Below, piece by piece: positions 1 to 13,885 of a DNA stretch of 64,000 nt. Under the pieces are notes generated by a model, which saw only the letters and a list, made by a program, of their open reading frames with translations, ran no database searches and was not told the DNA's origin. Within the stretch, counting starts at the first letter, position 1. The number at the start of each line of letters is the position of its first letter. The DNA lies in assembly GCA_951406725.2 (NCBI GenBank), contig OX597817.1, positions 22,196,001-22,260,000 of the forward strand. The letters run 5' to 3'. Made by a program: the position numbers and the translations under genes. The stretch comes from Octopus vulgaris. Lineage: Eukaryota.

Positions 1-345
1 CAGGTACAGCTGTGTGGTGAGAAAAGTGCATCTCAGCTGCATGGTTCTTGGTTCACTCCCAATGTCTGATATTTTAGGCAAGTGTCTTCTATTGTAGCCT
101 CAGACCAGCTAACGACTTGTGAGTAGATTTGGTAGATGGAAACTGAAAGAAGCCCGTTGTGTGTTTGTGTGTTTGTCCTCCATCACTGCTTGACAATCAG
201 TGTTGATGTGTTTATGTTTCCATGACTTAGTATTTCAGCAAGAGAGACAGATAGACTAAATACTAGGTTTGATTTCTTTGACTGAAATTCTCTGTGGTGT
301 TACTTAAGCGTGGTAGTAGTTTAAAGTCTAAAACTAGTAAAAGAT
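1..345 (+). mobile_element. SINE family A (tRNA-derived), degenerate
   Basis: Homologous to intact copies: GCTGTGTGG...GGTTCACTCCC, GGCAAGTGTCTT, GGAAACTGAAAGAAGCCCG. Confidence 0.75.
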
Positions 346-867
346 AAACTAAAAAAGAAGACTCTCATAAAGCCAGCCTTTGTTTCCAAATTCAAGAGTA
401 ATGAAATAAGTTACAAATCATTACCAGGATACCAGTCAATAACTAATAAAATTTCTATATATGGCATGTGTCCACAAAACTAGGTAAAGCAAACCACTTA
501 ATATTTGCCAATCATGCAGGATAAGACCTGGATTTGAACCATGTGTTTCTTTAACAAATTCTACTGAACAGCAAAAATTGCATTGAACTCAGACACTTAT
601 ATTTTAATACTATAAAGCAAGTCAAATACCCCATATCAACTATTTTTGAAATATCACTGCTTATTAGACTAAAATTGAATTAAGACATTTTTAATTTTTT
701 TGTTTTGATGTTTTGCTGTATCAACCATATTTTGAAAATATGTCATGCTTGCAAAAGATCTTTCCTTCTGATATCATCTTTAGAATAGAATTTTAATATA
801 ATATTTTATATGTTAAATGGGCAAACCAACTAATCAGCTTAAATTTCTTAGAGAAGAAAAGAAAACT

Positions 868-924
<57 letters not shown>

Positions 925-1206
925 AAGCAATGCCCCAGGTTATATAATTTTTACCAAATAATTTTTTTGAAAATACTCTTTGTCAAGTCAATCAATATTA
1001 ATTTTGATTGTAGCTATTTTTGAAATTCTGTTACATAAGCTGTAAGCAAATCATAAGTAGAATAAGGATTGCTTGGTAGAGTTCCAGCCACTGTTAAAAT
1101 CAAATACTTTCTGTCTCCATGTGGAAGAGAGATTGTAGAAAATATGCATGTAAAATTTGCTGATGCTTGATACCAAGAGATGGGTACTGAAAGTGATAAA
1201 CATTTA

Positions 1207-1407
1207 TGTATAGTATAGTATAGTATAGAATAGTATAGTATAGAATAGTATAGTATAGTATAGTATAGTATAGTATAGAATAGTATAGTATAGTATAGTA
1301 TAGTATAGTATAGTATAGTATAGTATAGTATAGAATAGTATAGTATAGTATAGTATAGAATAGTATAGTATAGTATAGTATAACATAGTATAGTATAGTA
1401 TAATATA
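1207..1407. repeat. (TAGTA)n pentanucleotide array with TAGAA variants
   Basis: Direct reading. Confidence 0.95.
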
Positions 1408-1692
1408 GAAAGTGATAAAAATTTATGTATAGTATAGAGAAATAATGTGTTTATGATATAAAGGATGTTTACAATTTACCTTTATGAAGGGTGTGGAGAT
1501 TTCTGGCTTAGTGTTTAGGGAGTTGGACTCATGATTGTAATATAGTAGTTTCGATTTCTGTATCAGGTAACATGTTATGTTCTTGAGCAAAACACTTCAT
1601 TTCACATTGCTCTAAACTGCTCAGCAGGCAAACCTGAGTAATTCTGTGACAGACTGGCTTCCCATCCTGGTGGGAAATATGTACTATTTAAT

Positions 1693-2080
<388 letters not shown>

Positions 2081-2193
2081 ACCTGTGCTGGTAGCATGTA
2101 AAAGCACCCATTACACTCTCAGAGTGATTAGCATACAGCCATAGAAACCATGCCAAATCAGATTGGAGTCTGGTGCTTCTGTTAACAGTGATC

Positions 2194-2299
2194 TGGAGGC
2201 ACAATGGCCCAGTGGTTAGGGCAGCGGACTCGCAGTCATAGGATCGCGGTTTCAATTCCCAGACCGGGCGTTGTGAGTGTTTATTGAGCGAAAACACCT
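2194..2299 (+). mobile_element. SINE family D head embedded in a family C fragment (~2090-2365)
   Basis: Matches the reverse complement of 29606-29712. Confidence 0.8.
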
Positions 2300-3937
2300 G
2301 GTCAAACCATCAAACCCATACCAGCATGAACAAGGCATGGTGAATGATGATGATGATGGTGATGATTATGATATATACACACACAATGGGCTTCTTTCAG
2401 TTTCCTTTACCAAATTCCGCCCACAAGGTTTTGGTTAGCCCTAGGCTATAGCAGAAGACACTTGCCTAGGGTGCATTCAAATTCACTAAGTGTGTGCAAC
2501 CTCCAGTGTGTAGATATATGGGTCCCAATAATAGCCTTCTGGTAGTAAACAACAGAATATATATGTACTTGTACATTAAGTTAATGGGAAAGGAATTTAA
2601 AATGCAACTTTACATGCATAAGAATAAAAGCTTTTCCACTTGTCTGTCCAAGAATATTTGGCTATATATGAAGGAATCGGATTCAGTTCTCTTGATTGTT
2701 CACTGAGCTATATCACAATGTATGAGTCTCTAGTTCATACAAAATGTAGTTGTTACTGCACTTCAGGGAGACATTAGATGTGTTTTCAGCAAGAAATTCT
2801 TTAATTCTTTTTAGAAGAAATTTTCTCTAAATTAGAAAGTGAAATCATTGAATTCTTGTAGGCATACATAGAAATTTTTACTTTCTAACCTTTTACTAAC
2901 TCTTGGATGCTGTGATGTAAATCATTTTTTTTTTTTTTTTTTTTTTGTTGTCAAGCTACCTTACTGAAATGTATCAGGCTTTCAAAATACTAGAATTCTG
3001 ATAACAGTTTTTTGTCATTGTATTATCCACTCCCTCCCTTAAATTTGGAAAACACTTTTTGATCTTTCAGATAAAAATGCTTCCATGTTTCTTGATGTTC
3101 TTTCTCAGTTCTACTGACTTTAATCCTTTTAATTCTCTACTTCGCAAAACACAATTGCTTCTACTTTAAATTTTCTTTTTTTTTTTTGCAACTTTTCTTG
3201 CATTACTTCAGCTATACAACTACAATACACTATTTTTTTTTTTGAATTTCCTAGTGATTTTGATTTTTTTACATAATTTTATTTCAAATAGATGTATTTT
3301 AGACAACAATCCATATTTCTATACAAGTCCCTATCCACATTTCTACCCACTCTCTGGATGTTTCTAAATTTGCATCCATCCTGTCAGTTGTATACATTCA
3401 TTTTACTACATATTTTACCAATAGCATAATTCTCAAGTTGAAAAACTAAAACCTTCAATTACAGGCTCAGTGGATATTTTCTTCAGGTGTCATTCCTACT
3501 GGGAGCAGCAACTAAGATTCATGATTTTCTGGGAAGAAAATATTACAGACATTTCCCATTGTCTTCTGTTGGATTTTTTTTTTTTGTTTATTCTGCTAGT
3601 CCCCTGCTCTCTTCAGTTTACACTTGAGAAACTGGGCTTCTTTAACCATTAGGTAAGGTAACTGAGTCAGGTGAAATCAGAACATATTTACATAGTGAAG
3701 GTCCATTGTGGCACATGTCTGTGGACAGCATTTCCTAGCATCCTGTAAACCTTAGCCGAATGACCATTGTTGTGTATTTGACACACCACTGAAGCACCTG
3801 ATATGTAATCCCATCCAAAGCCAAAGCAAAACTGAGAGTAGTTGTGAGTGAAAAGTAAATTCCCGGGAGCCTCATACACAGACAAAGTAAAAGGTCATAC
3901 CTAGAACAGACTCTCTGTCTGTCACTGTGGGTGAGTA

Positions 3938-3980
<43 letters not shown>

Positions 3981-4319
3981 ATCAAAGCAGTTTAACTCAA
4001 ATTTATTGATACTCCAAGTTCCAAAGTGTGTCAAATTTCCAATGGCTGAGGATTGGCATCATGTTTTGAGACTTGGAGTACCAAGGAATTGGAATCATAC
4101 TGCTTTCATCAATACATGTAGTTCCCAATAAATACGTTGAGTTGCCTTCTTTGTATGCCCACTCACTAACACACATGCACACACACACATATATACACAC
4201 ATATACATACATGCATACATTCGTACATACATACATACATACATGCTTGCATGCATACATACATACATACATGCATACATGCATACATACATACATACAT
4301 ACATACATACATACAAACA

Positions 4320-5129
4320 TTATTATTATTATGGCTGCCCCCTCGTTATCGAGTATGGCCATTGCACGAAGCTTAACTGTTATTGGTGCTGAGATCGAAT
4401 GTGACTTTTTAGTCCAGCTAAAGATCTAGAATGTCTTGTACAAAATTGGCAACTAAAACCTTTCCTGGTAATAACCGGCTGCAGTTGTAACTGGGCTTCA
4501 TGTACCTTTGCATGTCGTTTAAGTCCTCCTGCCAAATTACACTCTCTTCCACATGCCCGACAAATATGATTAGTATGGTGTGTTACACCACAACCAGTGG
4601 CCAGGTTGTCACCCATCTGTCTCGTTTTATGACTACGAAGATGACTCATGAGTCCAGCTTTACTGAGGCAGGGTCTTGCACAGACATTGCATGTCAGAAT
4701 CAAAGGAAGACCCTTCCCTTCTGGAAGTGTAACAGCGATGACCTTCCTGACATCCCTCCTTACTTTCTCATGTGCAACTCGAGATTTCACAAATGTGGCT
4801 GTCGCCTCATGCACAATCCTTTTCCACCTGCTACGATCAATAGCTATGCCTTCCCATGTGTCAGGAGAGATACAAGCATCTCTTAAGGAAGCCTTCAGCA
4901 AGTCCTTATACCTCTTTTTTGGTTTATGCGGAGGTCATTCTCCTTTAGCTAACTCTCCATAAAAGAGTTGTTTTGGCATCCTTGAATCCTTCATTCTGAC
5001 CAGACGACCACTCCATCTGAGCCTTTGCTTTAACACAAGAGCTTCTATACTTCCACACCGAGAGCCATCGAGTATTTCAAGATCCCTGATGCGGTCCTTC
5101 CACTTAATGCCATAGATCCGTCTGAGGCA
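4320..5129 (-). mobile_element. 5'-truncated RTE-clade LINE 3' end with three C-terminal C2H2 zinc fingers and (TAA)n tail
   Basis: ORFs 4935-5150 and 4380-4901 are in the same frame, separated by a single TGA (likely CGA>TGA). Motifs CLRRIYGIKWKDRI, RLRWSGRLVRM, PKQLFYGEL, (R)PPHKPKKRYKD, W...A.DRSRW are typical of RTE ORF ends. Fingers: CNVC..HLRSH, CRAC..HAKVH, CQFC..HIRSQH. Both flanks are (CATA)n. Confidence 0.9.
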
Positions 5130-5170
5130 TACATACATACATATATACATACATACATATATATATATAT

Positions 5171-5462
5171 GGCTTAGTGATTAGGGTGTCACACTCATGA
5201 TTGTGAGATTATAGTTTTCATTACCAGACCAGGCATTGCATTGTGCTCTTGAGCAAAGCACTTCATTTCATGCTGCTCTCCTATCATTTCATCATCTGAC
5301 ATGTGGCACAAGGTGCACCTGTACAGGTAATGTCAATTTGATGGAGGGAGTGAGCTTATGAGAACTCAAACATTTGATCACTATATACAAATCATCTGTG
5401 CTGTTGTTCAGCAAGAAATTGTTGAATCCTCATATGTCATCTAATGACAGGAGAGTCCATGA
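5171..5462 (+). mobile_element. Old tRNA-derived SINE (related copies at ~1505-1680 and ~60274-60570)
   Basis: GGCTTAGTGATTAGGG head; CTTGAGCAAA.CACTTCATTTCA; shared CATTTGATCAC...GTTCAGCAAGAAATTG. Confidence 0.6.
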
Positions 5463-5471
5463 TATATATAC

Positions 5472-5509
<38 letters not shown>

Positions 5510-5749
5510 GCATTGAGTTGGAACAGGGGCAGCTGAAGAAGGGGAATATTCCTTGTGTTGTTTGTCTTGTACTCTGTTTTTTCGTTGTTAAAACAAGTCT
5601 GTTTCCTTGTTTGGTTTTATGCTTTCGTTTCTCGTTGGGTTCTACGTTTATTTGTGGTGTCCTGTACTCATATATGCATGTATATATACATATAGAAGTA
5701 GGTATGTTCATATATGTATGCATGTATGCATATGTTTTATTTATTAAAT

Positions 5750-5790
<41 letters not shown>

Positions 5791-5891
5791 CAATTGAGGA
5801 TAAAATCTTTATAAGAAATTATCAGTAGATAGAGTGAAAAACCTCGTAAGAGAAAAAATCCGTAAATTTTTCCACTTTGAAAATATTTATT

Positions 5892-6333
5892 TATATTATA
5901 TTAAGGGTACTACTATTCGTAGATACCACACGCTAAGAGGGACCAATGCGGTCAAAACTACTAAAATAAACAAAATTTTACCGAATGCAAAACTTCAAAG
6001 CAAGTCACTTAAAAAAAGAATTTAGTTACATATCACCAGATGACCACTCCATCTGAGCCTTTGCTTTAACACAAGAACTTCTATACTTTCACACCGAGAG
6101 CCTTCGAGTATTTCAAGATCACTGATGCGGTCCTTCCACTTAATGCCATAGATATGTCTGAGGCATACATACATACATATATACATACATGCATGTAACT
6201 AAATTCTTTTTTTAAGTGACTTGCTTTGAAGTTTTGCATTCGGTAAAATTTTGTTTATTTTTAGTAGTTTTGACCGCATTGGTCCCTCTTAGCGTGTGGT
6301 ATCTACGAATAGTAGTACCCTCAATATAATATA
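5892..6333. repeat. Inverted repeat, arms 5892-6031 and 6193-6333, probably the inverted end of a Penelope-like element
   Basis: Arms are near-perfect reverse complements (about one substitution and one indel); the whole insert (~5786-6333) lies between (TA)n tracts. Confidence 0.8.
6035..6190 (-). repeat. Local copy of 4999-5154 (RTE 5' truncation junction plus flanking CATA tract)
   Basis: Aligns at offset 1036 with about 7 substitutions and includes the same LINE/microsatellite junction. Confidence 0.9.
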
Positions 6334-7729
6334 TATATATATATAAATCCATACACAGAGAGATGGAATGAAAAGGAGTGGGGCAGGTAGACAGACAGGC
6401 AGACAAGCAGGCAAAACAGCAGGAAAAACAGTGGTGTGACAAAGATTTAGGAAAAATTGAAACGAATTCAAAAATGAAACAATTTCAGGGAGAGAATGAA
6501 CAATTGTCTTGAAATACCAGCACTAACTAACTGACAATAACACCACCACCAACAGATTCAACAACAATGTTAGCATTAACACCAACAGCAATGACAATAC
6601 TAAACAGAAACAATATATTAAGATCAAGCTCAATATCAACATTGACATCAACAATCCCACCATCAACACCACCACCACCACCACCACCACCTTCGCCATC
6701 TTTTAAATAATGAACATCCTTCAAGGTGTGCAACATCAAAGTATTATGTGAAGAGATTGTCTATTTCAACAGAGGGATCGTTCCTAACAATAATATATCT
6801 CCACCCTCATGTCATTGAAGAGAAAACAGAGGACTTAGACCAAATGCATAGACACAAAACAAAAAAGAAAACGAAAGACAGAGAGATGGAGAGGAAGCAA
6901 GGAAAGTTCCTATTCAGTTGTAGATAAACTAAGTTTTCTCTTTTTCTTGTTGATTTTCTATTTTCTTATTATATATTTATTTTGGGGGGGTGAATTTTTA
7001 TTTTATTATTATTTTTATTTTTAGTCAAAGGGGAAGCCATTGACTTGGCTATTGACAAAACACAAGTGATTGATTTCCATTTTTGTAGTCTTTTCTATTA
7101 TTTCGTGAGCTTTCCATTTTCTTTTCTTTCTCTTTTTCAGTCTTCCATTGGAAGACATGAATTGTTCCTGACAATAGTTCTCTATGTTATAAGGATTTCA
7201 GAAGATATATATCTTAATGGCCAATCTAAATAGCAATAAGTAGTTTAGTAAACCCACAACCACACACACACACACACAAACACACATACTTTAGGGTTTG
7301 ACATTATTGGGATGGTAGAGTAGTATTGGCTGGCATTTCGGTGGTAGCAGCAGCAGCAGCAGCAGTAGTAGTAGGAGTAGTAGTAGTGGTGGTCGTGGGG
7401 GATTGTGGTGGTTGTTGTTTTTAATGGTGGTGGTGGTGGTGGCAGTGGTAGTCATTGAATAGTTGTTTTTATTATGGAAATTCCATTGATAACAAATATC
7501 AATTGTTTTTATAGAGTACAAGTATGGAGCACATGAGATATTAGTGTGTTTATACACGAATGCACTTATACATATATACACATATATACACTCACAAACA
7601 CACACGCACAAATGATTCTATGCAGAAAGTTAAAAACTTAAGACGACAAAGATAGATTTTATGTGAATATGAATGAGTCTTTACGACCCTACACATACAC
7701 ACACAAAACATTCTATGAGAATACATGCA

Positions 7730-7760
7730 TGCAACATATATATATCAATGTGTGTGTATC

Positions 7761-7792
<32 letters not shown>

Positions 7793-7891
7793 TGAATATG
7801 AATATATATATATATATGTGTATATATATATACATATATATAAATATATATATCACATATCATATGTATATATACATATATTATATATATA

Positions 7892-7947
<56 letters not shown>

Positions 7948-7974
7948 CATTCACACGCACATATTTATATATAT

Positions 7975-8045
<71 letters not shown>

Positions 8046-8290
8046 AATACATGTATGTAAATATACATATAATTGAAGGTGTTGTGCCATCATGACCTTA
8101 CCCATGATACCTTAACAAGGTAAAAAACACATAACATGCACTCACACAGACACACCCACGCATGCACACACACACACACACACGCATGCACACACACACA
8201 CACACATATATATATAAACATATATATGTATGTATATGTATATATACATACATATAGAAGATATATATATACATACCTGGAAATATTTCA
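7730..8290. repeat. Compound (TA)n/(CA)n/(GT)n microsatellite region
   Basis: Direct reading; similar blocks at 35243-35360, 40797-41165, 47650-48110, 52240-52427, 61725-62045. Confidence 0.9.
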
Positions 8291-9408
8291 ATACATATTT
8301 GTGTGCATGCATGTTTGCATATTTGTGTGTGCATGTGTGTGTATGTTTAATGTTATCCATGCATACATCATCACCTTTACCTTACATTGGAACAAGCTGA
8401 TTATAGATCCAATGACATTAACAAAGAAGTCAATACCATTGGATTATTGACAGAAGAAAAAGGCGACCAATCCTTTTGTGTGGGTTTTAACCCCATTTCT
8501 TTATCAGTGCAGGTGTTGGCACATGTTCTACAGAATGCAAGTAACTATTGTTCTTGCTTAATATTTCTTACTTGTAAATTTATTCTTATGTTTATTTTCA
8601 GGAGAAGGATTAAATAGATTGCATTCTTGAAGGTTATGTGGATTTAGAGTTTCTTACTAAAAATAATACTGCACTATTTTTCCATCTATTTTCTCTCGGT
8701 AAGAAGTGTGATACTGCAAAAAAAAAAAGCGAAACTTTCTTTAAATTAGTGTTTCAATACAAGTTCATATTGATCATTTGACAAAAACATATATAAATAC
8801 ATGCATGTATACATACTTGCACATATGGTGGATGTCAACATGTGACAGAGTAGGACTACTTTTGAAACACAGTAAGTTTGTGCAAATATTCTAAGAATCA
8901 AAGTTCTTGAACATGAATTTGATTTGGGTGGATAAAGTGTTGCACAGCACAATTGACTATGAAATCAGTGGTACAACAGAATTTTGAGACAGCCAGAAAC
9001 CAACTGCACTTCAGGTCTTTTCTATGAGTTTACCTTATTCAGGAAGGAAGTCTTAATGAAAACTAAATGTCCTTCACTCTCAGTGGTTCACATGCTAGTT
9101 AACTCATAGTTGGGATCCTAACAGGTGCCACTACTCCAGCTAACTTAGACACTATTATTCCCAGATCAGGATAGACCTGGGACTAATAGTGTCTAAGAGG
9201 TGGTTCCACTCTCCTCAAAGATCTGGAACTTCTTTATCAGGGCCCAGCTATTAGATATAGTTTAAAGTCACACCTAGGACATTATGCATACATATATACA
9301 TATATTCATACTTCTCTGTCAGTTCTTCTAATGAGTTACTACCCTTCTGATGTATGTTAAACATGGTTAAGAGATCATACCTATCAAAATTGCCATCATT
9401 TGATTTAA

Positions 9409-9625
9409 CCCTTTAGTGTTTAAACCGGCCATATCTGGCCCAAATATTCTGTTTTATATTCAAAGTGGTGATATCTGGTCTCTCACACCTAATCTACATT
9501 GACATTCTAAAAATAAGCAATCACATCATTGAAACCTCAAAAGCTATAAGATAATGCAGGATTAATTAAAAACAATTTGAGGGAAAAAATATTACATTTA
9601 ACAGAGTAATCTGAACAATAAAGGG
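9409..9625 (+). mobile_element. piggyBac-like MITE, family 2
   Basis: TTAA-CCCTTTAGTGTT...AACAATAAAGGG-TTAA. Confidence 0.75.
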
Positions 9626-11082
9626 TTAATGTCTATGGTTGGATGCCTTTTGTAACACAAACCAGTTTACAGAGAGCACAGAATACATTTTATCTTGACA
9701 TTAGCAGTAGAGAATTTGTTCTCAACAAGATGGAACTAAAGGGTTCTCTGATCTGACAATATCTGCACACATCTGTGAATCCCTATTCATAGAATCCTAG
9801 GTACACAGCTGTATGCATATATATATCACCAACCTCATCATCAACATCATTTCACTGTCCACTTGTGCAAACTTGTATTGGTCAAATGGAATTTGTAACA
9901 GCAGATTTTCTATAGCCTGATACCATTCCTGTTGCCTTGAATGTATTCATTCTTCCAATAACTGCAAAAGAAATCTCATATACTTCTCAACTGAATATCA
10001 GTCATTTTAGGAAATATCATTATGCGTATTTTGAACAATTTTGCATTTAATTTTTTTTTTAATAAATTTTAATTTTTAAATACATCACAATTTATTTCAA
10101 GAATTTATAACCTATCAAAATTATCTGTGCTAACACACTAATACACTAACAAACACACACACACACAATCACATATATACATGTAGTGTGAATCAAGACG
10201 CATGACAAATAACTAGTATTCAATCTACCTTATGTTCCTTTATATTCTGAATGAGAAATGTAGGATGAAAATTCATGTCATTTAGTTAAATTTTGTTACT
10301 ATTGGTCACCTTAGTTCTATAGATCACAGATTATGTGTAGAAGAAAACAAGGCAGGAATGTTTGTTATGAAATTGTTCATACTTAAAGTATTCTTACGTG
10401 TGTTTCTGTGAAGACTGGAAAACCAAATTACAAAAGCATGGTTTAACGTCCGTTTTCCGCGCTAGCACGAATACATTTATTAATTCTTTTTCAATAGAAT
10501 TCTTTTCCAATAGTTTCAACTATAGTAGAAAAATTTACAGAGATGTACTGGCATGGCATGTATTTTGGTTTGAAATCATTTGTTGAAAATGAAATGATTT
10601 CAAGTGAGAAAGAGACAAGTTAACCATTCAGAAACACACAAAGATCGTTAACTCCACTTAAGCATTTATTGTTTATTATATGGTACCAAAACTTTATTCA
10701 CTCAAAACTATGACCTGGTCAGTAACAAATGTGGGAGGTGCAACACATGTTTGTCAATGACCAGGCAGCTGTTTCAAGTGACAAAAGTTTTGGGGCACTA
10801 CATACCAGACAATAAATGTTTAAGTGAAGTTAAGAGTCTTTGTGTGTTTCTGAGTGGATTACTTGTATTGTTCATGCTGCAATTGTTATGGTCAAAACGT
10901 AAAAATATAAAAGTATGAACCTGATCCAAAAAAAAGAATATAGCAACAGTAGATGAATTGAATGACACCTGTCAAATAACAGTACTGCAAATAAGAGTTG
11001 ACCAATATGAGGTAAAATGAGGTCTGATCACATCCACAATCTCAAGAAATACCTTGAGCACACCATGAGTCTCCTCATTTAA

Positions 11083-11396
11083 ATAATAATAATAATAATA
11101 ATAATGAAATTATTGTATGCAGTGCTCAGGTGCACTACAACTTGTCAAAAGTGCATATAAAGCATATGCAGTAATGTACAAATGTCTGGAAAGTGAACAG
11201 TGTATGAGTCAGATACATGCCTGCGTGTGTATGGAGGGGAGAAAATCAAGTGTAGTATTGGCGAATCTCAGAAAGCATGGAAGTTTTGAAGGATGCAGTA
11301 CTCCGACAACCAACAACTGATGCTGGCAGTTTGTTCCATGCTTCAGCAACTCTTAGCGTGAAAAAATGTTTCCAAAAGTCATGGGAGCTGTGCTGT
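11083..11396 (-). mobile_element. CR1/L2-group LINE 3' end (same family as 23715-24083)
   Basis: Reverse-complement match; HSSHDFWKHFFTLRVAEAWNKLPASVVGCRSTASFKTSML; (ATT)n tail. Confidence 0.8.
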
Positions 11397-13388
11397 TCAT
11401 CACACTATCATGATCATGATGTCACCATAACAAACTAACCATCTGATGGCCATTTTAGTGATGTCACAGATATTACCATAGAGAATCTTTTAATGGTAAT
11501 TGGTGTCTCCCTCACTTAATCCTTTGTGCCTTTGCCATATCCACTCATGATGGTCTGGTGGAGGGTAATAAAAAAAACGAGAGGGATAACAGTAAACAAT
11601 TATACCAACAAGTTACCAAAGCTAAAAGCAATTTTAATAAAAATTTTTACTAGTTTTTTTTAGAATATTTTGGAGATATTTTTGTTCCCTTCATATTCAA
11701 ATGAAATTATCATTTTTAAAATCATTTAAATAAAAATAAATAGTTTTTCATATAATAAATGTGGTAATAATAAATTTCATTATATCTAATTCCATTAATT
11801 TATCAAATTTTGATATACTTTCATATTTTGGGGGGATATTTTTTTTAGTTACTTCTAATTTTGGATAATTAATTATACTGGAATAAATAATCATTCTCTT
11901 TTCATGCAAAATAAAAAAGAAATTGTTTAAACAGAAAATAATATTTTAGTGGAGAATCAATATATCTAAAGGGCATTAAATCCTTAGAATAAGTTTAAAT
12001 ATAATTCTTTTAAAATTCATTATTTACAGGGAACAATTTTGTGTTTTGTTACTTTCTCTTTTCTGGATTCATATCATTGACACCCTCACGGGATATGACA
12101 TCTTAATACTAAAAATAGAACAAAATTTGTTAGCCAACAGAAAAAAATTGCCCTTTTGGAGCTCTATGGACACAAAGAATCTAGTATTTATATTTTAATG
12201 CAAAAATTTTAATCTAGAAATGCTTGATGTTCATAAGTTTTATAACAGAGTTGTCAACAATGTATTTCAACCTGTAACTGTAAGACAAAATTTGATGAAC
12301 AGTTATCAGAACATGGTCTTGTAAATTTTGGTTATTGTAATCAGACCCCCTGCCTCAAACAGGATCAGCAGTGTCCTCAGTAAGAGATATACTTAAAATT
12401 TAAGCTAATTAACATCAAGGCATTATTGATTCAGAAGATTGTTTAATAAAGATTTTATGCACATATTTTAAACTACCGTGTGCAGGCTAATTTATTCCCT
12501 CTGTTAGCTCTCAACCTAACTAAAATATCTCTTAACTTTCCCAGAAAAGAAGCTATCTCTACTATCTTTTTAATTCTTGAATTTTCCTCCAAATTTCCCA
12601 AAAGTTTTTCTTTGAACTAAAAAACAAAAAAAATTAAAAAATCAACAAAAACTATTAACCAAAATGGGTTTTTGATATTCAAAATATCAATGGTAATTTT
12701 CTTATCATCTGCAAATGAGCTTTGATAAATTTATATAATTGTTCTCTTCAAAAATATTATTTTCATAAAAATAAAAGGTTTATCAAATTTGTGTTAAATT
12801 GATAAAAAGAAAGTAAAATTTTGTTTGTTACCTATATAATAAAACTTCATTTAAATAAAAACAACAATAAAAAGCAAAAAGTCGTAAGATTAAAGATTGT
12901 TATCATAAAAGGTATTTTAAAAAAGCAAAGGGAAATATTTCATATGAATTAAAATATCAAAACATTTATAATTAGAAAACGGTTTCCTCTTTCACCTAGT
13001 CATGGGTGAATGAAGCTGTGTGATAAAGGCTGTGGTGGAAATGTCACTATCAAATACAAGAGGGTGATCAGGGGAAAAGGAGCATTTAGTAGAAAATAAA
13101 GTGGTAAGGGATAATATTTAGAATGCAATATGGCTAATGAAAAGAGTATGTTCAAAGAAGGCGGGTAACTGATAGTACAAATGAGGGGATGAAATATATA
13201 CAATTATACACTCATAGAATCACAGCATCTGAGTTAATAGTGTTGTAGTCAGAAGGGTGATGGTGGGATGGGTTTTAGAAAGATGAGTCCCGGGGAAGGC
13301 TTATCAAGGACAGATTTGGTATAGAGGCAAATGATAAGCTTTTAAAATCTCGTTTGTTTCTTTCATTGAGATGGACAAATCTTCTTAA

Positions 13389-13603
13389 CCCTTTAGTGTT
13401 CAGATTACTCTGTTAAATGTAATATTTTTTTACTTAAATTATTTTTAATTAATCATGCATTATCTTATAGCTTTGAGGATTCAATGACGTGATTGTTCAT
13501 TTTTAGAATGTCAATGTAGATTAGGTGTGAGAGCCCTGATCTGGTCAGTTTAAACATAACATTGGTAGAAAACTTCGGCTGGATATGGCCAGTTTAAACA
13601 CTA
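13389..13603 (-). mobile_element. piggyBac-like MITE, family 2 (opposite orientation, one end eroded)
   Basis: Reverse-complement homolog of 9409-9625; TTAA-CCCTTTAGTGTT at the left end. Confidence 0.7.
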
Positions 13604-13639
13604 CACTGTTGATTGCAAATCTTGTTCTTCGTCATAAAA

Positions 13640-13885
13640 CTGAACGTCCTTAGAACAATTTCTTCTACTTTGTTTCACCTCTCCATGGTTTTCCCTTTCA
13701 CAGATTCCATCAACATCTATCAATTAGTTCTTTTTTTATGCAGCTGATCTCATTCATGTACATCACATGACCATACCAGCATAGTTTTTCCCTTTGGCAT
13801 ATGCATCTGATTCCAGTTATGCCCAAGTTTAACTCCAGCACTTTTCCACTTTGTTGTAAATGGATACTTGATTTTCCCATTCAGT
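13640..13885 (-). mobile_element. Highly decayed RTE-like C-terminal fragment
   Basis: KLGITGIRCICQREKLCWYGHVMYMNE resembles the RL.WYGHV.RM motif. Confidence 0.5.

Noticed and set aside
1207-1407. Telomeric or CRISPR-like array
   Set aside because: Unit is TAGTA rather than TTAGGG, there are no spacers, and the context is eukaryotic
4380-4901. Host C2H2 zinc-finger gene
   Set aside because: In frame with RTE motifs, 5'-truncated and followed by a short UTR and (TAA)n tail, so it belongs to a LINE
5529-5560. CTGAAGA followed by hairpin AGGGGA-ATA-TTCCTT as a hammerhead
   Set aside because: No GAAA or cleavage triplet follows the stem
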